The position numbers and the translations under genes were made by a program. 64,000 nt of DNA from an uncultured Aliarcobacter sp. (GTDB lineage Bacteria > Campylobacterota > Campylobacteria > Campylobacterales > Arcobacteraceae). Each line of letters opens with the position of its first letter. The first letter of the stretch is position 1. The DNA lies in assembly GCA_963677435.1 (NCBI GenBank), contig OY781945.1, positions 608,001-672,000 on the forward strand, written 5' to 3'. The notes beneath the pieces are model-generated. The model did no database searches and had not been told where the DNA came from. It was given only the letters and a program-made list of their open reading frames with translations. Shown here piece by piece: positions 34,511 to 45,909 of this stretch.

Positions 34511-35362
34511 TTGCAAAAGAGATTTTATAATAAAGAATCAATTAATAAGTTGATAGTTGTGAATAAGCCTTTGTTTATGAGTTCAAATTTTTACTTAACA
34601 AAAATAAAAAAGAAATACAAAAACAAAAAAGCTGGTTTTAGTGGAACTTTAGATCCTTTTGCAAAAGGATGCTTAATTGTTGCATTTGGTCAATATTCTA
34701 AACTTTTTAAATATTTGAAAAAAACTCCAAAAACATATAAAGCAGTTGTTTGGTTAGGTGCTCAATCTGAATCTTTTGATATTGAGAAAGTTATAAGTGT
34801 TGATTTAGTAGATAAAATTAATATTGAAAACATCAAATCAGAATTAAAATCATTAATTGGTGATTTAGAATATATTCCACCTAAATTCTCTGCTAAAAAA
34901 ATTGATGGGAAAAGAGCTTATGATTTAGCAAGGCAAGGTGTTGAAATTGAATTAAATAAATGTAATATGCATATTTATGATACGAAATTTATTTCTTACA
35001 GACATCCATTTATTACAATTGAAACAACAGTGAGTGAAGGCTCTTACATTAGATCTTTTGCACAAATATTATTAGAAAAATTAAATACAGTAGGTACTTT
35101 ATCTTATTTAGAAAGAATAAATGAAGGTGCATTTTTTTATGATAATGAAAAAGATTTAGATCCTCTTGATTATATTGATTTACCAATAAATAAATATTTT
35201 GGTACAAGTGAATGGTTAGATACTGGAAAAAAAATTTCTATAGATTACTTAGAAATAAAAGAAAATGGAAAATATCTAATAATTACAGATAAATTCTTTA
35301 GTATTGTAGAAATAGAAGAGGGTGATGTAAAATACTTATTAAATAAGGTTCTAAAAGTATGA
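34511..35362 (+). CDS. truB: tRNA pseudouridine(55) synthase
   Basis: GFSGTLDPFAKG, PPKFSAKKIDGKRAY, GSYIRS. Confidence 0.95.
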   Translation: MQKRFYNKESINKLIVVNKPLFMSSNFYLTKIKKKYKNKKAGFSGTLDPFAKGCLIVAFGQYSKLFKYLKKTPKTYKAVVWLGAQSESFDIEKVISVDLVDKINIENIKSELKSLIGDLEYIPPKFSAKKIDGKRAYDLARQGVEIELNKCNMHIYDTKFISYRHPFITIETTVSEGSYIRSFAQILLEKLNTVGTLSYLERINEGAFFYDNEKDLDPLDYIDLPINKYFGTSEWLDTGKKISIDYLEIKENGKYLIITDKFFSIVEIEEGDVKYLLNKVLKV

Positions 35363-36132
35363 ATGAAATGATTGAAAAATCTTACGCAAAAGTCAATATT
35401 TTTTTAAAAATCTCAGAAAAAAGAGATGAGTATCATGAACTTGTATCTAGGTTTGTTAGAGTACATAGTTTGTATGATACTATCTCGTTTATTAAATCTA
35501 GCAGGAAAGCATTTAGTATTATAGGAAATTTTGGTTGCAAAATGGAGACAAATACTGTATACAAAGCATACAAATTAATAGAAAATTTTGAAGGTGTTGA
35601 AGAGTTTTTCAAAAATTATAGTGTTAAAATTGATAAAAATATTCCAGAGTTTGCAGGTCTTGGTGGTGGAAGTTCAAATGCAGCTACATTTTTACTTATG
35701 GCAAATAAATATTGTAATCTAAATTTATCAAAAGATGAATTATGTAAAATAGCAGTTCAAATTGGTGCAGATGTTCCTTTTTTTGTTTATGAATATGATA
35801 GTGCAAATGTAAGTGGTATTGGAGAAATTGTTAAAAAATTTGAAGAAGAGATATTAGATATACAAACAATTACTCCAAAAATCAAATGTAATACAGGTGA
35901 AATTTTTAAAGTTTTCAGAGAAAAATTTTATAAACAAATTTCAAAAGAAGAATCAGATAAATTATTTAAGATGAAATCAACAGAAATTTTAAGTAATTTT
36001 GATATAAAAGAAGCTAATGACTTATATGAACCAGCAGTAAGTGTATATTCTCAATTAGAAGATTATACAAAAGAAAATTGGTTCTTTAGTGGAAGTGGAA
36101 GTTCATTTTTTAAGGTAAACCATGTCAAATAA
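35359..36132 (+). CDS. ispE: 4-diphosphocytidyl-2-C-methyl-D-erythritol kinase
   Basis: [30 protein letters not shown]. Confidence 0.95.
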   Translation: MNEMIEKSYAKVNIFLKISEKRDEYHELVSRFVRVHSLYDTISFIKSSRKAFSIIGNFGCKMETNTVYKAYKLIENFEGVEEFFKNYSVKIDKNIPEFAGLGGGSSNAATFLLMANKYCNLNLSKDELCKIAVQIGADVPFFVYEYDSANVSGIGEIVKKFEEEILDIQTITPKIKCNTGEIFKVFREKFYKQISKEESDKLFKMKSTEILSNFDIKEANDLYEPAVSVYSQLEDYTKENWFFSGSGSSFFKVNHVK

Positions 36133-36598
36133 AAAAGATACAAAAAAGAATTTAGTTTTCAAAAATAGAAAAGCTTTTCATGATTTTACAATTATGGATA
36201 CATTAGAAGCAGGAATTATGCTTGAGGGTAGTGAAGTAAAAGCGATTCGTGAGGGAAGAATTAATTTAAAAGATTCATTTGTACGAATAATAAAGGGTGA
36301 AGTTTTCATTTTAAATATGCATATTTCACATTTAAGTACAACTCATACAACTTATAGACCTGATGAAAGAAAAGACAGAAAATTACTTTTACACTCTAAA
36401 CAAATAGCAAAACTATTTTCTAAAGTTACAAAAGATGGGATAACTTTAATTGCTACAAAATTATATTTTAATGAAAAAAACATGATAAAGGTTGAAGTAG
36501 CAACCGCTCAGGGTAAAAAGCTACATGACAAAAGAGAAGATATGAAAGCTAAAACAATGCAAAGAGAGACTCAGCAGATATTAAAAGGCATAAAATAA
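36122..36598 (+). CDS. smpB: SsrA-binding protein
   Basis: [28 protein letters not shown]. Confidence 0.97.
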   Translation: MSNKKDTKKNLVFKNRKAFHDFTIMDTLEAGIMLEGSEVKAIREGRINLKDSFVRIIKGEVFILNMHISHLSTTHTTYRPDERKDRKLLLHSKQIAKLFSKVTKDGITLIATKLYFNEKNMIKVEVATAQGKKLHDKREDMKAKTMQRETQQILKGIK

Positions 36599-36654
36599 GA
36601 TAAAAAGTCTCTTGTTTTATAAGTTCAAATTATAATAAAAATAGTATTTTATTT

Positions 36655-36706
36655 GTTAATTATTCGTTAATTCTTTTGTTAATTTTAAGTTTCTCTTGGC
36701 TATGAT
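36655..36706 (+). promoter_or_regulatory. ccoN promoter region with three phased GTTAATT repeats
   Basis: GTTAATT at 36655, 36666, 36678, followed by TTTAAGT...gcTATGAT. Confidence 0.5.
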
Positions 36707-36759
36707 TACCGCAATGAGTGACATTTTTGTGACTTGTATATAAAATTAGTAGGAGGAGA

Positions 36760-38229
36760 TTGATGCAAAACGGTGCACAAATTGAGTACGATTACTCAGT
36801 TGCAAAAGCCTTTACATTTGCAACAATTTTGTTTGGTATCATAGGTATGACAGTTGGTGTTATACTTGCGTTTCAATTGGCGTTTCCACAGTTAAGTAAT
36901 TTAGCTGGGGAGTATGGTACTTTCAGTAGATTAAGACCTTTACACACTAATGGTGTTGCTTTTGGTTTTGCTCTAAGTGGTATTTTTGCTGGATGGTATT
37001 ATATCTCACAAAGGGTATTAAAAGTTTCATTAAAAGAGTCACCTTTTTTAATGGCAATTGCTAAATTACACTTTGCGTTATATTTCATTACAATTCTTTT
37101 AGCTGTTGTTACACTTTTTATGGGTATTACAACTTCAAAAGAGTACGCTGAGTTAGAATGGCCTTTAGATATCTTAGTTGTTGTTTGGTGGGTTTTATGG
37201 GGTATTTCAATTTTTGGATTAATTGGAATTAGAAGAGAAAGAACTCTTTATATTTCTTTATGGTATTTTATTGCTACATTTATCGCAGTTGCAATGTTAT
37301 ATTTATTTAATAATATGGAAGTTCCAACTGCACTAGTATCTGGTTATGGTTCATGGATTCACTCTGTTTCAATGTATTCAGGTACAAATGATGCTTTAGT
37401 TCAATGGTGGTATGGACACAATGCTGTTGCATTCGTTTTCACAACTCCTATTATTGCTCTAATTTATTATTTCTTACCAAAAGAATCAGGACAAAATGTT
37501 TATTCTTATAAACTTTCTATTTTAGCATTCTGGGGATTATTATTTGTTTATTTATGGGCTGGTGGACACCACCTTATTTATTCAACTGTTCCAGACTGGA
37601 TGCAAACAATGGGTTCAGTAATGTCAGTTGTTTTAATTTTACCATCATGGGGATCAGCTATTAATATGCTTTTAACAATGAAGGGTGAGTGGCAACAATT
37701 ACAAACAAATACACTAATTAAATTTATGGTATTAGCTTCAACTTTCTATATGTTATCAACAATTGAAGGACCAATTCAAGCTATTAAATCTGTAAATGCT
37801 ATTGCACACTTTACTGACTGGATTCCAGGACACGTACATGATGGTGTTTTAGGATGGGTTGTATTTATGATTATGGCAGCACTATTCCATATGGTTCCAA
37901 GAATGTATAAAAGAGAGATTTACTCAAAATCATTAATGGATACACAATTCTGGTTACAAACTACAGGTATCGTTTTATACTTTACTTCAATGTGGATTGC
38001 AGGAATTACACAAGGTATGATGTGGAGAGCTTACGATGAATATGGATCATTAGTTTACTCATTTATTGATACAGTTACTGTATTACATCCATATTATACA
38101 ATTAGAGCAGTTGGTGGGTTGTTATACCTAATTGGATTCTTTATGTTTGCATTTAATATTTATAAAACTATTAGATGTGGAAGAGTACTTGATAAAGAAC
38201 CAGTAAATGCTACACCAGTAGCTGCGTAA
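36760..38229 (+). CDS. ccoN: cbb3-type cytochrome c oxidase subunit I
   Basis: RLRPLHTN, QWWYGHNAV, GGHHL, GHVH; start TTG 36760 or ATG 36763. Confidence 0.98.
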   Translation: MMQNGAQIEYDYSVAKAFTFATILFGIIGMTVGVILAFQLAFPQLSNLAGEYGTFSRLRPLHTNGVAFGFALSGIFAGWYYISQRVLKVSLKESPFLMAIAKLHFALYFITILLAVVTLFMGITTSKEYAELEWPLDILVVVWWVLWGISIFGLIGIRRERTLYISLWYFIATFIAVAMLYLFNNMEVPTALVSGYGSWIHSVSMYSGTNDALVQWWYGHNAVAFVFTTPIIALIYYFLPKESGQNVYSYKLSILAFWGLLFVYLWAGGHHLIYSTVPDWMQTMGSVMSVVLILPSWGSAINMLLTMKGEWQQLQTNTLIKFMVLASTFYMLSTIEGPIQAIKSVNAIAHFTDWIPGHVHDGVLGWVVFMIMAALFHMVPRMYKREIYSKSLMDTQFWLQTTGIVLYFTSMWIAGITQGMMWRAYDEYGSLVYSFIDTVTVLHPYYTIRAVGGLLYLIGFFMFAFNIYKTIRCGRVLDKEPVNATPVAA

Positions 38230-38243
38230 GAAAAGGAGAAATT

Positions 38244-38927
38244 ATGTTTCATTGGTTTGAACAAAGACCGTTTTTCTTTGCGGTACTAGTATTTTTATTC
38301 GTTGCATTTGCAGGTATCGTAGAAGTTATTCCAGATTTTGCAAAACAAAGTAGACCAACTGTTGGTACAAAACCATACAGTGTATTAGAATTAGCAGGAA
38401 GACAAGTATATATAAAAGATTCTTGTAATGCTTGTCACTCACAATTAATTAGACCTTTCAAAGCAGAAACAGATAGATATGGAATGTATTCTTTATCTGG
38501 TGAGTATGCATATGATAGACCATTTTTATGGGGATCAAAAAGAACTGGTCCAGATTTAATGAGAGTTGGAAATTATAGAACTACAGATTGGCATGAAAAC
38601 CATATGTATGAACCATCAGCTGTTGTTCCTGGAAGTATTATGCCATCGTATAAACACCAATTTACAAATAAAGCTGATTTAGATACAGCATATGCAGAAG
38701 CATATACAGTAAAAACAGTATTTGCAACACCATATGATCAAGATTTAAATGGTGATGGAAAAATTGATGTTGAATTAGGTGATTACGCTACAGCAATTGC
38801 AAAAGCGAAAGAAGACGCAAAAGCGATTGCAGATGGAATGAAAAATGAAGCTATAAAAGATGCTGTTGCAAACGGTCAAATTCCTGAAATAGTTGCATTA
38901 ATTGCATATTTAAATTCTTTAAAATAG
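38244..38927 (+). CDS. ccoO: cbb3 oxidase subunit II
   Basis: CNACHSQLIRP, WGSKRTGPDL. Confidence 0.97.
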   Translation: MFHWFEQRPFFFAVLVFLFVAFAGIVEVIPDFAKQSRPTVGTKPYSVLELAGRQVYIKDSCNACHSQLIRPFKAETDRYGMYSLSGEYAYDRPFLWGSKRTGPDLMRVGNYRTTDWHENHMYEPSAVVPGSIMPSYKHQFTNKADLDTAYAEAYTVKTVFATPYDQDLNGDGKIDVELGDYATAIAKAKEDAKAIADGMKNEAIKDAVANGQIPEIVALIAYLNSLK

Positions 38928-38935
38928 AGGTTGTT

Positions 38936-39160
38936 ATGGACTACGATTCACTTTTAACATTACAAGGTTATTCTAGATTCTTTATGATTCTAGTAATATT
39001 TATCATATTTTATTCTTACGCTTATTCTATTTATAAGAGGGATAAGACAGGAGAGCGAGATTATGAGAAATATTCAAAACTTGTGCATGATGATTCAAGT
39101 GTTTCAGTTCCTCTTGAAGAAAGAAAAAAAGATAAAGATATAGATAATAAGGAGAAATAA
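38936..39160 (+). CDS. ccoQ: cbb3 oxidase subunit IV
   Basis: Small single-TM ORF between ccoO and ccoP. Confidence 0.88.
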   Translation: MDYDSLLTLQGYSRFFMILVIFIIFYSYAYSIYKRDKTGERDYEKYSKLVHDDSSVSVPLEERKKDKDIDNKEK

Positions 39161-39161
39161 G

Positions 39162-40052
39162 ATGAAGTCTATGGTTATAGGTGGAATAATTCTTATCATC
39201 GCTTTATTAGCAGGAACTTACTTTGCAGCAGGTGATGCTTTTAATGGTGATGATTATATTAACAGCTTAGCAATGCTGGGTGCGGTTGCTATTATTACAA
39301 TTTCAGTATTTGTTGTATTAAAATATGTTAATCAAATGAAAAATGATACTGCAAGTGGTGAATTAGCTGAAGAGAAATGGGATGGAATTGGTGAATATAG
39401 AAATGCTGTTCCAACTGGTTGGGCTTTAGCATTTATAGGAACAATTATTTGGATGTTCTGGTATTTTACTGTGGGTTATCCAATAAATGGGTTTTCACAA
39501 GTTGGTCAATGGAATGAAGAGACATTAGAATATAATGCGAAATTTGAGAAAAAATGGGAGAATCCATCGCAGGAGACTCTAAAAGCAATGGGTCAATCAA
39601 CTTTCCTAGTTCAATGTGCACCTTGTCATGGTGTAGATGCTGAAGGGATTGATGGGAAAGCTCATAACTTAACAAAAAGAATTTCTAAAGAGCAAGTTGT
39701 TTATACAATTAAAAATGGTGCGAATAACTTAAAAACAGTATATCCAGGTGGAATGCCTCCAATGATGTTAACAGAAGATGCAGATATAAATGCAGTTGCT
39801 GATTATGTTGCTGGTGGATTTAAAGGTGAACAACCTGCTTCATTTGCTACTTGTGCTGGATGTCATGGTGATGATGGAAAAGGTATGGAGTTTGTAGCTC
39901 CAAACATCAGAGCTTATGATGATGCTTTAGTAACTGCTGTTCTAAAAAATGGTAAAAAAGGTGCTATAGGATCAATGCCAAGTTTTGATGGTAGATTAAA
40001 TGAGACACAAGAGAAAGCATTAGCTACATACTTAAGAAGTATAGGAGAGTAA
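39162..40052 (+). CDS. ccoP: cbb3 oxidase subunit III (dihaem cytochrome c)
   Basis: WDGIGEY, CAPCH, CAGCH. Confidence 0.96.
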   Translation: MKSMVIGGIILIIALLAGTYFAAGDAFNGDDYINSLAMLGAVAIITISVFVVLKYVNQMKNDTASGELAEEKWDGIGEYRNAVPTGWALAFIGTIIWMFWYFTVGYPINGFSQVGQWNEETLEYNAKFEKKWENPSQETLKAMGQSTFLVQCAPCHGVDAEGIDGKAHNLTKRISKEQVVYTIKNGANNLKTVYPGGMPPMMLTEDADINAVADYVAGGFKGEQPASFATCAGCHGDDGKGMEFVAPNIRAYDDALVTAVLKNGKKGAIGSMPSFDGRLNETQEKALATYLRSIGE

Positions 40053-40053
40053 G

Positions 40054-40296
40054 ATGGCTGGAAATACACAAATGAATGAGAACGAAAGAGGGACTTTTAA
40101 ACTACATGGAATTACAGGTATGTTAGTAGCAGTTGTATTATTGCTAACAATATTAGGTGTATTAACATTTAATGGGATAAAAGTACAACAAAATGAGGCT
40201 AGTAATTTTTATAAAATTAATCAAGATTTAAATGCTATAAAAATGAATAGTTCAGATAATTATAAACAGTACCAACTTGTTGGTTCTGGTAAATAA
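40054..40296 (+). CDS. DUF4006-like small membrane protein (cbb3 accessory)
   Basis: FKLHGITGMLVA single TM; position after ccoP as in Campylobacter. Confidence 0.75.
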   Translation: MAGNTQMNENERGTFKLHGITGMLVAVVLLLTILGVLTFNGIKVQQNEASNFYKINQDLNAIKMNSSDNYKQYQLVGSGK

Positions 40297-40306
40297 GGGG
40301 TAAGAT

Positions 40307-40399
40307 ATGGAAAAAATTATTGGTATTTTACTTGTTGTATCAGCCGTAATGACTGTGTATTATGGATTCTTTGATGCAACAAAAGTGTTTGTTGGTTAA
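40307..40399 (+). CDS. 30-aa single-TM protein in the cco operon, absent from ORF track
   Basis: MEKIIGILLVVSAVMTVYYGFFDATKVFVG*; AAGGGG RBS; TAATG overlap with next gene. Confidence 0.75.
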   Translation: MEKIIGILLVVSAVMTVYYGFFDATKVFVG

Positions 40400-41028
40400 T
40401 GAAAAGAATTAATTTTATAAAAGTAGGAGTGATTTTCTCACTTCTACTTTTTTTCTGCCAAACCTTAAGTGCTCATACTTTTATCTTGAATGATGACAAA
40501 TTAATAGATGATAGAGCAATAGAAAAAATAAATCAAATTGGTGATGAAACTAAATCTAAATTAGGTGTTAATATATACATATATGCAAAATCTACTTTAG
40601 GATTAGATGAACATATTAGTACTAAAGATAAAATTGATTTTATCAAAAATAATGAAGCTAAAATAGTTGCTACCCTTGAAAAACCTTATGTACTTTTGAG
40701 TATTTCTGTTGAAGAGACGCATGTTAATTTATTATTTAGTGATGAATTAAAAGGTATCATAAATAAAAATGATATTTTAGATGGTTATGTTGTGCCTTTA
40801 TTAGCTTCAAATGATAAAAACACACTTTTCGCAAAAGTTAGTGCTGCTTCTTTAAATGGCTATGCAGCAATCGCTGATACACTTGCAGATGCAAAAAATA
40901 TTAAATTAGAAAGTAGTATTGGAAATGCAGGTAAAGTATCAAGTACTATTTGGCGAGTATTTATGTACACTATAGTTGTTATTGGATTATTAGTTTATAC
41001 ATATGCAGTATTAAGAAAGAGAAAATAG
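40399..41028 (+). CDS. Exported/membrane protein, TPM-domain-like (cbb3 accessory region)
   Basis: Signal peptide, C-terminal TM plus RKRK. Confidence 0.6.
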   Translation: MKRINFIKVGVIFSLLLFFCQTLSAHTFILNDDKLIDDRAIEKINQIGDETKSKLGVNIYIYAKSTLGLDEHISTKDKIDFIKNNEAKIVATLEKPYVLLSISVEETHVNLLFSDELKGIINKNDILDGYVVPLLASNDKNTLFAKVSAASLNGYAAIADTLADAKNIKLESSIGNAGKVSSTIWRVFMYTIVVIGLLVYTYAVLRKRK

Positions 41029-41032
41029 AATA

Positions 41033-41579
41033 ATGAAAAGAAATTATTGGCCCTTATTTTTTATAGGTATTTTTAGTTTTGTGTTTTGTATGATTGTTTG
41101 GACAGTTAAAAGCGCAATTGCTGCACCTGTAATTGAAGATAAAAGTTTTATGAAGAAATATCAAGAAGTTGATGAAAATTATAATGATATGATGACTTCA
41201 AATGATGTATTTTTATCTAAATATGATTTTGAAATTGATATAAACGATAGAAAACTTGATTTAACAACTTCAGATATTAAATTTTCGCAAAGAGTTGTTG
41301 AAAAATACTCAGTACATAAAAATATTTTAAAATTAGGTCAAAATAGTTTAAAAGTAATTGTTACTGATAAAATTACAAAAGAGAAAAAAGAGGTAACTGT
41401 AGAGCTGGAAGTTTCAAAAACTATTTCTGCAAATTCTGATTTAATTTTACAAAATGAACAATTTCATAATGTAGATAATGTATATACATCTTTATTTGAG
41501 ATAAAAGATGAAACAAATTGGATTATAACTGGTAGTTTCAAAGTCGGTGAAGATACTGGTTATATTTATATAAAAACAA

Positions 41580-41590
<11 letters not shown>
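41033..41590 (+). CDS. FixH/CcoH-like protein
   Basis: YWP..TM N-terminus and KYQEVDENYN; cco operon position. Confidence 0.7.
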
Positions 41591-43945
<2,355 letters not shown>

Positions 43946-43949
<4 letters not shown>

Positions 43950-43970
43950 GAAAAATAATTTTTTTCTTAT
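43946..43970 (+). terminator. AT-rich hairpin after addB
   Basis: ataagaaaaa...tttttcttat. Confidence 0.4.
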
Positions 43971-44044
43971 TATACTTAACATGTTAATAATATATTAATT
44001 AAATAGTGCTACTATTTCATTGAAAATACAAAAAAGGTTTTTAA

Positions 44045-44479
44045 ATGAATTATACATTAGAAGAGTATCTTGGAATAAAAGTTGCAAAAGTTAGAAATAG
44101 TATAAAAAGTGAGATGGAAATTGCACTTTTGCCATATGATATAACAACAACTCAATTTATTGTTTTACTGAAACTATGCGAAAAAGACAAAATGACTCAA
44201 AAAGATTTAGCTATTGAGACAAATCACAAGCAATCAGCATTAACACTCATACTTGATAAACTTGAATCAAAAAAATTAATAATCAGACAAGCAAAAGAAA
44301 ATGATCGTAGAGCATATTTAATTGCAATTACAAAAGAGGGTATTGAACTAGAAAATAAATTAATAATAATTGCAAAAGAGTTAGAAATAAGAATCTTAGA
44401 TGGTATTTCTGAAACTCAGAAAAAAGAGTTCTTATATATTTTAGATAAAATTTTTTTTAATTTAAACAAAGATAAATAA
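44045..44479 (+). CDS. MarR family transcriptional regulator
   Basis: ITTTQFIVL, LESKKLI, DRRAYLIAITKEG. Confidence 0.93.
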   Translation: MNYTLEEYLGIKVAKVRNSIKSEMEIALLPYDITTTQFIVLLKLCEKDKMTQKDLAIETNHKQSALTLILDKLESKKLIIRQAKENDRRAYLIAITKEGIELENKLIIIAKELEIRILDGISETQKKEFLYILDKIFFNLNKDK

Positions 44480-45909
44480 TGCAAATTAAGAGTTTAGTAG
44501 GGATTATCTTTTGTAGTTTAATCTTAGTAGCTTGTGTTCCCAAAATTAATAAAGTACAAAAAGATGATGAGATAAAAATATCTGAAGAATTAAAAGTAAT
44601 TGATACAAGTGAAGTACAAAATGAATTGAATCTCAAATGGTGGGAATCATTTCAAGATTTACAATTAAATTCAATTATTTCAAAAGCTTTAGAAGAATCA
44701 GACTCATTAAAAAGTATAAAACAAAGATATGAAAAAGCAAATGCAATAATTAAATCAGTTGAAGCAGAAAATTTACCTAATATCTCTTTTGAATCAGACG
44801 TCACAAGAGAGCGTTATAGTGCTAATCATATATTTCCAGCTCCTCTGGGTGGTGGTGCATTTACAACCTATCATGCAGCTACTACACTAGATTATAAATT
44901 TGATTTTTGGAATGAGAGAAAATCTAGAATTAAATCTGTAAAAAATAGAGCTTATGCCCAATTGGCATTTATTGAACAAAGTAAATTAGACTTATCTTTA
45001 GGTATAACACAACTTTATTTATCTTGGAATTTTAATGAAAGAAAAATAGAACTTTTAGAAAAGATTGCAAAAGTTTTAGATGATGAATTAAAATTATTAA
45101 AAGAAAAATATAATGCTGGTTTAATTGATGAAGTTATTTTGAACAACAAAAAAGCTGAAATATTTCAAATAAAATATAATATATATTCTATTGAAGAGAT
45201 AATAAAAGGTCAAAAAGCTAGTATTTGTATCTTAGGTGGATTTTTGCCATCTTTTGCTCAAAATTTAGTAAAACCAAATATAAATAGTTCAATAAATTTG
45301 TCAATTCCTAAAAATCTTAATTTGAATTTATTATCAAATAGAGCAGATATTACAATTCAAAAATATGTAGTGTTAAGTAATGATGACAACATTAATATTG
45401 CAGCTACAAAGTTTTATCCAAATATTAATTTATCAGCTCTTTTAGGATTTACTTCTTTTTTATCTAATGATTTTTTAACAAAAGCTTCAAGTGTACCTTC
45501 TGCTGGATTTGCAGTTGATTTGCCAATTTTTGATTGGGGAAAAAGAGAAGCAAATTTAGATGATAAAGTTATTGAATATAATAGTTCAGTTTATGAATAT
45601 AATGACATTGTAAATAAAGCTGTAAATGAAGTTGTTAGTGTACTTAAAAAAATTGAATATAAGAATTTGCAATTGGATATGCACCATAAAGAGTTGAAAA
45701 CAAAAGAATCAAATGAAAAAATTGCAAATAAAAGATTTGAGATAGGACTAAGTGATAAAATTAATTATTTAGACTCAAAAATTGATACATTAATGAATAA
45801 TATTAAAGGATTTGAATTAATTCAAAGTCACACTATATTAGAACTTGAATTGATCAAAGCATTAGGTGGAGGTTTTAAAGAAGAGGATATTATAAATGCA
45901 AGAAGCTAA
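44479..45909 (+). CDS. Efflux outer-membrane lipoprotein (NodT/TolC family)
   Basis: Lipobox LVAC, WWESFQD, RADI, LIKALGGG. Confidence 0.92.
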   Translation: MQIKSLVGIIFCSLILVACVPKINKVQKDDEIKISEELKVIDTSEVQNELNLKWWESFQDLQLNSIISKALEESDSLKSIKQRYEKANAIIKSVEAENLPNISFESDVTRERYSANHIFPAPLGGGAFTTYHAATTLDYKFDFWNERKSRIKSVKNRAYAQLAFIEQSKLDLSLGITQLYLSWNFNERKIELLEKIAKVLDDELKLLKEKYNAGLIDEVILNNKKAEIFQIKYNIYSIEEIIKGQKASICILGGFLPSFAQNLVKPNINSSINLSIPKNLNLNLLSNRADITIQKYVVLSNDDNINIAATKFYPNINLSALLGFTSFLSNDFLTKASSVPSAGFAVDLPIFDWGKREANLDDKVIEYNSSVYEYNDIVNKAVNEVVSVLKKIEYKNLQLDMHHKELKTKESNEKIANKRFEIGLSDKINYLDSKIDTLMNNIKGFELIQSHTILELELIKALGGGFKEEDIINARS

